From: an uncultured Holophagae bacterium
GTDB taxonomy: Bacteria > Acidobacteriota > Thermoanaerobaculia > Thermoanaerobaculales > Sulfomarinibacteraceae
Assembly (NCBI GenBank): GCA_963710645.1
Contig: CAVQBD010000002.1
Coordinates: forward strand, 74,828 to 138,827
Length of the DNA: 64,000 nucleotides
Reading direction: 5' to 3'
The notes beneath the pieces are model-generated. The model worked only from the letters and a program-made list of their open reading frames with translations. It searched no databases and was not told where the DNA came from. Each line of letters begins with the position of its first letter. The first letter of the stretch is position 1. This document shows positions 1 to 9,282 of the stretch, one piece after another. A program made the position numbers and the translations under genes.

Positions 1-38
1 CGAAGGCGAGCGCTGGTATCCGTCCCATGGTTGTTCTC

Positions 39-608
39 CTAGCGGCCGGTCATTACGAAGTGGGCGCGCCGGTTGAGGGCCCATGCCTCTTCGCTGCTGC
101 CGAGGTCGAACGGTCGTTCCTCGCCATAGGAGACGGTTTGGATGCGCTCGGGCGCCACACCGAGGAAGACCATGTAGTCATGCACCGCGGAGGCCCGTCG
201 CTGGCCGAGAGCGAGGTTGTACTCGCGCGTGTTGCGCTCGTCGCAATGGCCTTCGATCCTGATGGAGACGGTGTTGTACTGCTGCAACCACGCGGCGTTG
301 CGCGCCAGCACTTCTCGGTATTCCGGCTTGAGATCCCAGCGGTCGGTGTCGAAGAAGACGTCTTCGAGGTAGCCGCGGGCGTTGAGCAATTCGAGGTCTT
401 CAGGGAGCTCCTCCTGGACCTCCTCGGAGACGATGGTCTCGGTGACGGTCTCCTCCACCACAACTTCAGGAAGTGTGGACGACGGAGCCGGGACCGGCGT
501 TGGAGTCGGTTCCGGAGGAGGCGGCAACTTGGAGCTCTTGCACGCTCCGAGTGCGACCATGGAAATCACCACGAGCAGGGCGGCGCAAAAACGCAGTGCG
601 GATTTCAT
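39..608 (-). CDS. pal: Peptidoglycan-associated lipoprotein (Pal, OmpA-like C-terminal domain)
   Basis: 189-aa ORF. Signal peptide ends in a lipobox-like LGAC. P/T-rich linker, then an OmpA-like block (FFDTDRWDL ... RIEGHCDERNTREYNLALGQRRA ... NRRAHF). Confidence 0.85.
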   Translation of the reverse strand: MKSALRFCAALLVVISMVALGACKSSKLPPPPEPTPTPVPAPSSTLPEVVVEETVTETIVSEEVQEELPEDLELLNARGYLEDVFFDTDRWDLKPEYREVLARNAAWLQQYNTVSIRIEGHCDERNTREYNLALGQRRASAVHDYMVFLGVAPERIQTVSYGEERPFDLGSSEEAWALNRRAHFVMTGR

Positions 609-753
609 TCCGATCCTCCTTGAGGGTCACTCTAGCAGCCCCGGTGCGGGCTCACAAGGAAGTGAGAGTGGGGTTCCATGGGGAGAGTTCCATAGCCTGT
701 GGAAATGTGGGCGGGATCACTTCTCCGAGAGGCTAGGGGCTGGGGGCGAGGAA

Positions 754-1344
754 CTAGTAGGGCCTGGATCCTTCTTCGTCCACGAGACCGCCATCAGGTC
801 TGTTCAGCAGCCCGCCGGAGTGGAGTTTGGCCAGATAGTCGTAGGCGACGATCGACCCCGCGACCGCCAGGTTGAGGCACGGCACCAGGCCCCACTGCGG
901 TAGTTGAACGATCATCGCGGAGGAGTCGATCAGTTCCTCGGGAACGCCCCCGCGCTCCGCACCGAGGAGGAAACACGGTCGATCGGGATAGACCGCGTCG
1001 AAAAGGTTGACGGCCCGTTCGTGAAGCTCGATGGACACCAGGGTGTAGTGCTTCTCCGCGACATGGGCAATCAGAGAGTCGGCGTCCGGAAGCTGGACGA
1101 CCGACGTGTAGAGTTCTGCCGTTCGGGCGGCTTCCACGTTCCAGTCTTTGGCGCCCACCAGAAGGACCTCGGCAGCCGCGGTCGCATGTGCGGTGCGAAC
1201 CAATGACCCCACGTTGTGTTCCTTCGAGACCTCCCAGCCGGCGATGGCGAACGGCCGGAGTCCTCGCAGATACTCCTGTCGGCGTCGCTTCTGGCGTTCG
1301 ATACGGCGTTGATGGTCCCAGATGTTTTTCTTTGGATCCGGCAT
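754..1344 (-). CDS. SpoU/TrmH-class RNA 2'-O-methyltransferase
   Basis: C-terminal SpoU motifs (FLLGAERGGVPEELI ... IVQLPQWGLVPCLNLAVAGSIVAYD). Start trimmed to the ATG at 1344 (MPDPKKN...). The track ORF extends to 1401 using a non-ATG start that lies inside a heptamer repeat. Confidence 0.7.
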   Translation of the reverse strand: MPDPKKNIWDHQRRIERQKRRRQEYLRGLRPFAIAGWEVSKEHNVGSLVRTAHATAAAEVLLVGAKDWNVEAARTAELYTSVVQLPDADSLIAHVAEKHYTLVSIELHERAVNLFDAVYPDRPCFLLGAERGGVPEELIDSSAMIVQLPQWGLVPCLNLAVAGSIVAYDYLAKLHSGGLLNRPDGGLVDEEGSRPY

Positions 1345-1404
1345 GGTGGACCGAGTGTGCCGCTCCCCGCCCTCGAGGGCAAGTTCGAGCCCGCCGACCA
1401 CGCT

Positions 1405-1613
1405 CGATCGAAGAACGAAGAACGAAGAACGAAGACCCCCACCCGCCCGAAACGAGAGATGGCGCGACCGGCGGGCGTGCAGTCTTCGACATTGTTGGGA
1501 CCCTGAGTGTTGGAGTGGCCATCTCGTGGGATCCCAACAATGTCTAAGGGGGCAACCTCGGGGAGCGCTTGAGGGAGATGGGCGCGTGCGTCCGGAAACG
1601 GAAACGGAAACGG
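1405..1613 (-). repeat. Mosaic intergenic repeat, copy 1
   Basis: Contents in order: (CGAAGAA)x4 at 1409-1435; C-box 1436-1449; module C (reverse complement) 1461-1480; 13-bp-stem hairpin 1488-1500/1532-1544; module B (reverse complement) 1556-1585; (GGAAAC)x3 at 1593-1613. Homologous by direct comparison to 50412-50558, 52880-53146, 29824-29962 and 63893-64000. Confidence 0.85.
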
Positions 1614-1887
1614 GCTGGGGAGGGTTGGGGTTATAGCCCCAAGCCCCGATCCCTGACTCTGACGCTCACTCGGGCGCGGGAAAGGCCGGTGACGTATTGG
1701 GGGGTCCTGGATATACGAAATCCCGCTTTTCGCGGGATTTCGTCGCGGTGGGTATGCCCACCCGAGCTTCCTCAGTTGGTGACGCGGCTGTGAAGTTCGT
1801 TGAACGCCCGCGGTCCCTCAGGACACTACAAATATCCATCGCCTCGGCGACGGTGTCAAGTGGGAAACCACGGGGGCTGGGCTCACT

Positions 1888-2289
1888 TCAAAGGGCGCGG
1901 GCGTCGAAGGCGTTTGGGAGCAACTCGGCCACGGACGTCACGGTGCGCTCATTGTCGGTATTGGCGAGAATCACCGGCATGTCACCGAATTCCGAGAGGA
2001 CTTGCCGGCACGCGCCACACGGCGTCGATGGCGGCGAGGATTCGGTGACTACAGCCAGGGCGAGGAAGTTCTTGGAGCCCGCAGCCACCGCAGCCGCGAG
2101 GGCGTTGCGCTCGGCGCATACGCTCAGCCCGTAGGACGCGTTCTCCACGTTGCAGCCACTGACCAACTCACCGTTCGGGAGCAGCAGGGCGGCGCCGACG
2201 TAAAACCCAGAATAGGGAGCGTGGGCGTTTTTTCGGGCGGTCGCGGCGGCAGCGATCAGGCGCCCAACGGTTTCCAGCGTCAGATCCAT
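1888..2289 (-). CDS. cdd: Cytidine deaminase
   Basis: 133 aa from the ATG at 2289 (MDLTLE...). Zinc and catalytic motifs are present (CAERNA ... PCGACRQ). The 92-codon upstream extension in the track ORF is R/P-rich with no support. Confidence 0.85.
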   Translation of the reverse strand: MDLTLETVGRLIAAAATARKNAHAPYSGFYVGAALLLPNGELVSGCNVENASYGLSVCAERNALAAAVAAGSKNFLALAVVTESSPPSTPCGACRQVLSEFGDMPVILANTDNERTVTSVAELLPNAFDARAL

Positions 2290-2677
2290 GGATTGACTAT
2301 ACCGTGACCGCGAGCAATGGGCCGGGGTCCTGAGGAGTCGAAAGTCGAAAGTCGAATACAACCTCCCGCTTCCCCTGGGCGAGAGGTGGCATCTGTGTGA
2401 TCTGTGGGCTCTCCGGGTGGTCGGGGCTGAACTCTCAACTCGGCCAAGCGGCAACGGCAACGGTAACGGGCTTCCGGCTCCGCCTCTGGCTACGCCGTGA
2501 CAAGCGGGCTCGCGCGGGTGGTGGAGAACGTTTGACGTTTGACTTTTAACGTCCACGCCCTCCACACCTTCTCACCTTGTGTCGGTGGGCGGGCAAAAAA
2601 GTGACCGCCCGGAGGCGGTCGTTGGAGAGAGTGATGTCATGGGCTCGCGCCCGTATGTCCGGTAGTTCTGCGGTTTC

Positions 2678-4864
2678 TCAGTTCCTCCGCGCGCCACCGG
2701 AGGACCTGGAGGCTGACGAAGGTGCCGACCGGGGCGCCGATGATCCGCCGCTTGACCGTCCAGCACTGCTCGATCGTCCGGCACTTGATGAGCGACCGGC
2801 CGACGAACGCGACGGCGCTGAACCCGCCGAGGATCTTCCGGAGGAAGAGGACCGGCCGGTCGAGGCGGTGGGATTGCGCGAGGGGGCGCTGGTCGACCCC
2901 GTGGATCCCCGCGGGGAAGTGGCCGCGGTGCGCGGCACGATCACCGGCCGCGACGTCGTCGCTCCGCTCCTCGTGGTGGATGCCGGGCCCGAGGTGGTAG
3001 GTGTGGAGGGCTGTGACCGGTTGGTTGGTGCTCGGTATACGGAGCCGGACCGAGTGATTCCGGAGCGTCCAGTGACCTGTGTCGTCGAGGACCGAGGTTC
3101 GACAGTGGTGGAGGGCCGGGTCCGGGGCACGAACGGATTGGGGTTACCGGTGTTCTGGCTTCGTGTGCTGTCGGTCGGTCGACCCGGGATCGAACGGTAG
3201 GAGTTGGTTTCTGACCGTCCCTCGGAGCTGTGCAGGGGAGACCCGGATGTGGTCGAAAGGGTTGGTTCTGATCGCCTGTTGCCGTTCGCATTCCGGGTTG
3301 TCTGCGACCGACCGACGTCGCCGGTTGGGGCGGCCGACCGCCGGCTGATATCACTGGTTGTGGTCGGCTCGACGAGCCGGAGGGCGTCCTCGGGACGGAG
3401 GCTGTCGTCGCGCGCCATGATCGGCGTGAGGTCACGATCGGTGGTTCGTTCGATTCCGCGGAACACTCTCTCGAGTTCGCGGGTCGTTTGTTCTCTCGAC
3501 GGCGGTGCGGTTTTCAGGGGGTCGGAAGAAACGATGCCGATGTCGCTTCGGCCGCGCAGCGCATCATCGCCGCGTTTGACAAGGCGTGACAGATTTGGGC
3601 TCGCGAAGTCCCGGTCCGAGACGACGTTCCAGGCCGAGCTGTCCATGTCGGCGATCCTCGTCCGTCCCTTCAGCTGCAGTGCCGAGTCGTCGGGTCTTGG
3701 CAGGCTGGACCGTCGAACGGCGCCACTATCCGCGCCGCTGCCACCGCCCGCGCCTGGCCTCGGAATGACGTCTCGGCGAGGCGTCTGACCGCCGCCGCCC
3801 CCGGGATGACTCGGGTATCCAGGCTGGCTGGGCCAACGGGGATAGCCGTAGAAGTGGCAGTAGCGGGGCCAATACCAACCCCAGTAGTAACCCGAGGGAC
3901 ACCAGCCGACCCAGCCGGGACCCCAGCCCCAGTTCACCCATGCCGGACCCCAGCAGTTTCCCCATCCCCAGACCCACCCGACGCTGGCCGAGAGGAACCA
4001 GGTTCCGTAGTGGTACGGCAACCATCCCCACGGCTCGTAGGAGACCCACGACCATCCGGTAGGGGTCCAGTACCACCGGCCTGCTGTGTAGGGGCGCCAG
4101 GCAGTGCTCACCGTGGGCTGCCACGCCCAGGTGTTGTACTCCTGGACGTAGACCCAGTTGCCGTAGTTGTCGAGCTGGGCTGCCTGTCGTTCGTAGCGAA
4201 CGTCCACATGTTGGCTGCTCTCGCCAAGAAGGACCTGACGCCGCTGTTCGACCCAGGAGGCGAAATCGTCGCTCCAGGTCAGATGGGGCTCTGTGCCGAT
4301 GACCTCGCCGTCTCGCACCTCGGTCGCCGACTCAGCCTGGATCAAGACGCCGCCTGCGACCGTGGCAGCTTCGGCAAGGCCCTGCCACACCTCGAGGCGC
4401 AGGCCGCCCGACGGCAGGGCGAGGATCCGGTAGAGACCGGTGTCGTTGAGGTAGACGGTGGCGGACCTGCCGTCGACCCGAAGGGCTTCCCCGCTCAACC
4501 GATGCTCGTTGATCTCGACCATCATCGTGCCCTCGGCGAGGTACAGCACCGACCGATCAGAGTTGTTGTCACGGCTGAAGGCGACGGCGTCCAGACTCAG
4601 CGTGGAGTACTCGTCAAGCCACACGATGTTGCCGTCTGCGAGGACTATCTCCATGCGGGTTTCGCGAGCGGTATCGATCCGGTCGCCGGCGACCAGGGGC
4701 ATATTGATCACCGCTTCCACCGAATCTTGCTGGGAGGCCGGCTGGACGGTTGCAAAGCGCTCCAGATACGAAATGTAGCTCAGGGAGGTCGGGTCGTCTC
4801 CTTCGGAGGCCACGACAGACACCGCGAGGGCGATGATTGCAGCCGAAATGAGGGTATTTTTCAT
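2678..4864 (-). CDS. Secreted FecR-like domain protein with a W/Y/G-rich central region and an S/R/T/P-rich disordered C-terminal half
   Basis: Signal peptide (MKNTLISAAIIALAVSVVASEG). FecR-like segment (GDRIDTARETRMEIVLADGNIVWLDEYSTLSL). Trp-rich block (WRPYTAGRWYWTPTGWSWVSYEPWGWLPYHYGTW ... YYWGWYWPRY). About 330 aa of low-complexity tail ending in SSAGRS-type repeats. Confidence 0.6.
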   Translation of the reverse strand: MKNTLISAAIIALAVSVVASEGDDPTSLSYISYLERFATVQPASQQDSVEAVINMPLVAGDRIDTARETRMEIVLADGNIVWLDEYSTLSLDAVAFSRDNNSDRSVLYLAEGTMMVEINEHRLSGEALRVDGRSATVYLNDTGLYRILALPSGGLRLEVWQGLAEAATVAGGVLIQAESATEVRDGEVIGTEPHLTWSDDFASWVEQRRQVLLGESSQHVDVRYERQAAQLDNYGNWVYVQEYNTWAWQPTVSTAWRPYTAGRWYWTPTGWSWVSYEPWGWLPYHYGTWFLSASVGWVWGWGNCWGPAWVNWGWGPGWVGWCPSGYYWGWYWPRYCHFYGYPRWPSQPGYPSHPGGGGGQTPRRDVIPRPGAGGGSGADSGAVRRSSLPRPDDSALQLKGRTRIADMDSSAWNVVSDRDFASPNLSRLVKRGDDALRGRSDIGIVSSDPLKTAPPSREQTTRELERVFRGIERTTDRDLTPIMARDDSLRPEDALRLVEPTTTSDISRRSAAPTGDVGRSQTTRNANGNRRSEPTLSTTSGSPLHSSEGRSETNSYRSIPGRPTDSTRSQNTGNPNPFVPRTRPSTTVEPRSSTTQVTGRSGITRSGSVYRAPTNRSQPSTPTTSGPASTTRSGATTSRPVIVPRTAATSPRGSTGSTSAPSRNPTASTGRSSSSGRSSAGSAPSRSSAGRSSSAGRSSSAGRSSGGSSAPRSAPSSASRSSGGARRN

Positions 4865-5115
4865 CGTCCACCTCCATGGACGATTGGAAAGACTGCAACG
4901 GGCGTGCCAGGTTCGATGACCAGGTGCTGAAGATGATCTCGAGGTCCCGAGGTCCTGGAGTTGCGGGGTTTACCAAGACCGCAGGACCAGGTGCCGAGCC
5001 CTTCGCCGCGAATTGCAAAGCACGGCAATCGAGGCACCGGCCAGGATCACAGGCCCTTTTTGCGCGGCGTATCCTGAATCGAAGTGCCCTGCGTTGACCG
5101 TTGGCTGTCCAGACC

Positions 5116-5820
5116 TTACTGGCGTTGAAGCCGGGACATTTCCAGGATCTGCTGGTTCTGCCGAACCTTGACCAATGTGCCGGCGGGGTAATACCCGCCG
5201 CGCAGGGTGGCGTTGGGGTAAGTGACGCAACCGGGCCCGAAAAGGACCCCGGGATTGAGAACGGTGTTGCAGCCGGTCTTGCAGTTGTCACCGAGGATCG
5301 CCCCGAACTTCCGCAGTCCAGTGTGAACCACCGATCCCTCGTGGTGGAAGGTGACCTCGCGACCCACGTTCTTGACGTTGGAGAGGATCGTGCCCGCACC
5401 GAGGTTCACCTGGCGCCCGAGGAGCGAGTCGCCGACGTAGTTCTGGTGGGGGGCCTTGGCGGTGGGCAGCAGGATCGATCCCTTGACCTCACTGTGCGCG
5501 CCGACGAGGCTTTGGTCGCCCAGGATCACGAACTGCCGGATGTAGGCGCCCGTCCTGATGGTGACCCCTTCTCCGATAATGGCCGGTCCGATGATGACGG
5601 CTCCGGGTTCGATACTGCAGCCTGCTGCGATTGAAATCCTGTCGCCGAGCAGGTGCACACCCTGTGGCAGCTCGCTCTGGATGCTCCAATCGCTCCAGTC
5701 GCCCATGTACGCCTTGAGTGCGTCGCCCAGGGCTGACCACACAGGGGCGTCCGACGGGAACGCAGCGCCGTGTTGGAATCCTTTGAGATCGAAGAAAAGA
5801 CCAGGGATCAGCTCGCTCAT
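5116..5820 (-). CDS. Left-handed beta-helix (hexapeptide-repeat) protein, GlmU C-terminal-domain-like acyltransferase
   Basis: Repeated [LIV]-G-x-x-x-x hexapeptide pattern across most of the 234 aa (IIGPAIIGEGVTIRTGAYI ... VNLGAGTILSNVKN ... GAILGDNCKTGCNTVLNPGV). Confidence 0.6.
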   Translation of the reverse strand: MSELIPGLFFDLKGFQHGAAFPSDAPVWSALGDALKAYMGDWSDWSIQSELPQGVHLLGDRISIAAGCSIEPGAVIIGPAIIGEGVTIRTGAYIRQFVILGDQSLVGAHSEVKGSILLPTAKAPHQNYVGDSLLGRQVNLGAGTILSNVKNVGREVTFHHEGSVVHTGLRKFGAILGDNCKTGCNTVLNPGVLFGPGCVTYPNATLRGGYYPAGTLVKVRQNQQILEMSRLQRQ

Positions 5821-6119
5821 GTTTGGGGCTCCTCGAGGTCGGCGGGCACGGTTTGACGATGACTAGTGGTGCGGTACAAGAGGGTTCCGTTGGGCATGGC
5901 CGGATCATGCCACGGGTGGGTGGGAAGGACAAGACCTGGTTGCGATCAGAATGGGCGGACGGACCCGGCGCCTCGTGCGCGGTGTGGTTATCATGTGGCG
6001 ACTGGGCTCAATGATCCTCGAGGAGGTCAGTGGATTCGACTGCTAAATCGCCATAAGGTGATATGATACGACGACTCGCGGAGACCGCGTCCGAGTGCGC
6101 GCCACGATTTGGAGGTTCC

Positions 6120-6608
6120 ATGGTTCGACAACTGTTTCAGCCCGGACTGCTGACCCTTGCGATCGTGGTTTCCCTCAGCTGTGGCGCCCCCCCTCAGACC
6201 CCAGACACCCAACCCGACCAGCTGGCTGTGAGATCCCATTCCGCGGTGGACGTGAAGTGGGAGGACAACTGGGACGATGCCTTCGCCCGAGCTGCCACCG
6301 AAGGCAAGCCGGTGCTGGCAAATTTCTATGCCGAGTGGTGCGTCTGGTGCAAACAGCTGGAAACGGTCACCTACCGCGACCAGAAGGTCGCCGCAATGCT
6401 CGCCGAATCTGTCGTGCCCCTGAACGTGGACATCGAAGGTGACATGGCGGATCTCGTTCGCGATCTCCGGATCCAGGCCCCTCCCACCATCGTCCTGTTT
6501 TCCCAGGGCGGAGATGAGATTGGCAGGATCCCGGGTTATCTTCCGCCCTCGACCTTCCTCACCGTTGTGGAGAAGATCCTGCGGGGGGAACCGGTCAAGT
6601 TCAGTTGA
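6120..6608 (+). CDS. Thioredoxin-fold protein (CxxC), exported, possibly a lipoprotein
   Basis: WCVWC redox motif in a thioredoxin-like context (KPVLANFYAEWCVWCKQLE ... APPTIVLF). Start set at ATG 6120, just downstream of GGAGG (6111-6115). N-terminal hydrophobic segment ends in LSC. Confidence 0.7.
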   Translation: MVRQLFQPGLLTLAIVVSLSCGAPPQTPDTQPDQLAVRSHSAVDVKWEDNWDDAFARAATEGKPVLANFYAEWCVWCKQLETVTYRDQKVAAMLAESVVPLNVDIEGDMADLVRDLRIQAPPTIVLFSQGGDEIGRIPGYLPPSTFLTVVEKILRGEPVKFS

Positions 6609-6633
6609 CGATCGAAGTTCCGAGGTCCGGGTC

Positions 6634-6721
6634 GAATGAGAAATGAGAAATGGGAAGTTGACCGTTTCTTCAGGCCGTTGGGACAAGCAATGTCACATTT
6701 CTGATTTCTGATTTCTCATTC
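6634..6721. repeat. Heptamer-built inverted repeat between convergent genes
   Basis: GAATGAGAAATGAGAAATG (6634-6652) faces ATTTCTGATTTCTGATTTCTCATTC (6697-6721). At least 11 bp pair perfectly at the outer ends, and the stems are made of (GAGAAAT)n / (ATTTCTN)n. Possible bidirectional terminator without a U-tract. Confidence 0.7.
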
Positions 6722-6731
6722 CACGAAGTGG

Positions 6732-9218
6732 CTACGTGGAGTCCCCGGCGCCCTCTTCCTCCTCTTCTTCGTCCTCTGTGATCCGTCCGTCAGCGACCTC
6801 AATGGACTCGACGGTGGGCATGGGCTCGGCAGGCCGCGGGGTATAGAAGGCCAGCTGGAAGGGCCAGGGGAGTTCGTGCAGTGACTCCGGGATCTCGCCG
6901 CACTCGGTGGACGGAGGCTCTGTGCCGTCCAGGAACGCTTCGAGGATGACCTCTCCGTGGTGGGCGCAACGTGGGATCGCTCGCTCTCCGGTGAAGTAAT
7001 CCACCGGGGTGAAGACGACCCCCGGCGGGACCGAGAATTCCTCGGTCCTGGCGGCGTCATCGAGGGTGTCGAGGTATTGTGTGATGAACTGGTTCCAGAT
7101 CGGCTGGGCGGCCCGCGCGCCGGTCATTTTTTTGCCGATGGGGGCTTTGACATCCCTGCCGACCCAGACACCGACCGTGATGCGCGGGGTGAAGCCGATG
7201 AACCATGCGTCGGCGTACTTGTCGGTTGTTCCGGTCTTCCCAGCGAGGTTTGCCTCGATATTGCGCGCCGAAAGGCCGGTGCCGTGGTCGATGACGCCTT
7301 CCAGAACGCTCAGCATGAGATAGGCTGCCGGGGCCGAGATGGCGCGCTGGGTTCGCGGGAAAAAGCGCTCCTCCAGACGGCCGTCGCGATCGTAGATTTC
7401 GGAGATCGAATAGGGTTCAGGAATCTCCCCGAGATTGGCGATGCCCGAGTAGGCGCGAACGAGGTCGATTAGCCGGACCTCCAGGGAGCCAAGGGCGAGG
7501 GACGCGTAGGGATGCAGTTCGGTGCTGATACCGAACCTCTGTGCCACGTCCACCACGGCCGGGCCGCCAACGAGCTGCTGCATCTTTACCGCTGAAGCGT
7601 TGAAACTCAGCTCGAGGGCCCGCCGGATAGTGGTGATGCCGTAATAGCGGTTGTAAAAATTCTTTGGGCAGTAGGTGAGTTCGCCGGAGCTGTCTGGGAG
7701 AAGGATCGGGCCGTCGAAAATGGTGTCGGCCGGCGTGTAGCCCTGCTCGAAAGCCGTCAGGTAGACGAAGGGTTTGAATGCTGAACCGCACTGAAGGGTG
7801 GACTGGATGGCGCGGTTGAACTCGGAGCGTTCGAAGTCGTAGCCCCCCACCAACGCGAGGATGGCGCCGGTGCGGTTGTCCATGGCGATCAAGGCGCCCT
7901 CGATCTCCGGCTCTTGGAAGAGCTCTACAGTAATGGGCTCGTCGCCGGCTTCCGGCAGCTCATCCGGGAGCTCATCCGGGAGCAGGACCGTCACCAGGTC
8001 GCCCTCCTTGAGAATTCTGCGCAGCGAACCGATTCGAGTCCACTTGGCTCCCGATAGCTTGAGAACGGCCGACCGATCACCGATCTTCAGATTGGCTTGT
8101 TTGTCTGTGACATCGAGGACGACCGCCCGAACCATGGTTCCCGGCTGGAGTTCGAGGAGGCGCCACGACGGATCCTCGTGGTCCTGCGGTGTTTCAGCGC
8201 CGAGATCGGCCACCACGTTGACCGGTTTGCGCCAGCCCAGGTAGGTCATCTCGAGGTCGGCGAGCCCGCGTCGGACCGATCGTTCGGCGATGAGCTGCAG
8301 CTCACGGTCCATTGTCAGATGAACCTGGAGCCCGCCGGTGTAGAGAGCGTCGGTACCGTAGCGGTCTTCCACCTCCTTACGGACCATTTCGAGAAAGTAG
8401 GATCCGGTGGAGATCTGGTCTCGGTGGAGGCCGACGTCGAGTGGTTGAGCCACCGCTTCGTCGTACGTCGCCGGGTCGATGTAGCCGAGCTCGAGCATCC
8501 GTGCCAACACCTTGTTCCGCCGTTCGAGGGCCGCCTCTGGTCTCTTGAATGGGTTGTAGCGGTTGTTTGCACTCGGAATCATCCCAGCCAGCAGAGCTCC
8601 TTCAGCGAGCGTGAGTTCACTGGCCGGTTTGTCGAAGTAGAGCTGAGCTGCGGCTTCGACTCCGTACGCCCCGTGGCCCAGGAAGATCTGGTTGGCGTAC
8701 AGGGTGAGGATCTGGTCTTTGCTGTAACGTTTTTCGATGTCTATGGCGAGCAGTGCTTCTTTAATTTTCCGCGTCAGAGTGTGTTCGCGCTGCAGAAAGA
8801 GATTGAGCGCCAACTGCTGGGTCAGCGTGGAGCCTCCCTGCGTGATGAGTCGATCTTGCCGGGTCACCAGGTTCCGTGCGGTGACCAAGGCAGCGCGAGC
8901 GATGGCCTTGGGATCCACACCGCCGTGCTCGTAGAATTCCGCATCTTCGATCGCGACGATGGCTTGCTTGAGGAAGTCCGGAATCTCCTCCGGCTCAAGC
9001 TCCACTCTTCGTTCGAGGGCGTAGGAGGCCACGGGCTCGCCGTCAGCCGCATAGACCTCGGTTGTGGATGCGGGACGAAAGGAGGCGAGCTGGTCGACTT
9101 GAGGGACGTGCAGCCGCTGGGCCACGATCCATCCTCCGAGCGCACCCAGGGCGCCACCGATGAGGACGGCAATCAGAATTTTCATCAGTAGGGAACCCAG
9201 CTTCGGACTCACGGCCAC
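6732..9218 (-). CDS. mrcA: Class A penicillin-binding protein (PBP1A: glycosyltransferase + transpeptidase)
   Basis: GT51 motifs (AIVAIEDAEFYEHGGVD, GGSTLTQQL, RKIKEA), transpeptidase SxxK (QCGSAFKP) and KTGT (AGKTGTT). The alternative start MKILIAV at 9185 is equally possible. Confidence 0.9.
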   Translation of the reverse strand: MAVSPKLGSLLMKILIAVLIGGALGALGGWIVAQRLHVPQVDQLASFRPASTTEVYAADGEPVASYALERRVELEPEEIPDFLKQAIVAIEDAEFYEHGGVDPKAIARAALVTARNLVTRQDRLITQGGSTLTQQLALNLFLQREHTLTRKIKEALLAIDIEKRYSKDQILTLYANQIFLGHGAYGVEAAAQLYFDKPASELTLAEGALLAGMIPSANNRYNPFKRPEAALERRNKVLARMLELGYIDPATYDEAVAQPLDVGLHRDQISTGSYFLEMVRKEVEDRYGTDALYTGGLQVHLTMDRELQLIAERSVRRGLADLEMTYLGWRKPVNVVADLGAETPQDHEDPSWRLLELQPGTMVRAVVLDVTDKQANLKIGDRSAVLKLSGAKWTRIGSLRRILKEGDLVTVLLPDELPDELPEAGDEPITVELFQEPEIEGALIAMDNRTGAILALVGGYDFERSEFNRAIQSTLQCGSAFKPFVYLTAFEQGYTPADTIFDGPILLPDSSGELTYCPKNFYNRYYGITTIRRALELSFNASAVKMQQLVGGPAVVDVAQRFGISTELHPYASLALGSLEVRLIDLVRAYSGIANLGEIPEPYSISEIYDRDGRLEERFFPRTQRAISAPAAYLMLSVLEGVIDHGTGLSARNIEANLAGKTGTTDKYADAWFIGFTPRITVGVWVGRDVKAPIGKKMTGARAAQPIWNQFITQYLDTLDDAARTEEFSVPPGVVFTPVDYFTGERAIPRCAHHGEVILEAFLDGTEPPSTECGEIPESLHELPWPFQLAFYTPRPAEPMPTVESIEVADGRITEDEEEEEEGAGDST

Positions 9219-9282
9219 ACCTTAGCAAAACAAGGTGGGCTCTGGCTGGGCCGCAATGTGGAAATTCCGAGGCGCCGGCTGT

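Noticed and set aside
1614-1887. Possible housekeeping ncRNA (6S, SRP, RNase P, tmRNA) in the long gaps 1402-1887, 2290-2677 and 5821-6119.
   Set aside because: I could not recognise any of the conserved core sequences of these RNAs. The hairpins present (for example 1715-1743 and 1748-1763) are short local palindromes. Only a covariance-model scan could settle this.
2560-2600. Stem-loop GGGCGG-N12-CCGCCC downstream of the FecR-like gene as an intrinsic terminator.
   Set aside because: It has a short 6-bp stem and a 12-nt A-rich loop, with no trailing U-tract on the relevant (minus) strand. It overlaps a G-box of the repeat family, so it is better explained as part of that system.
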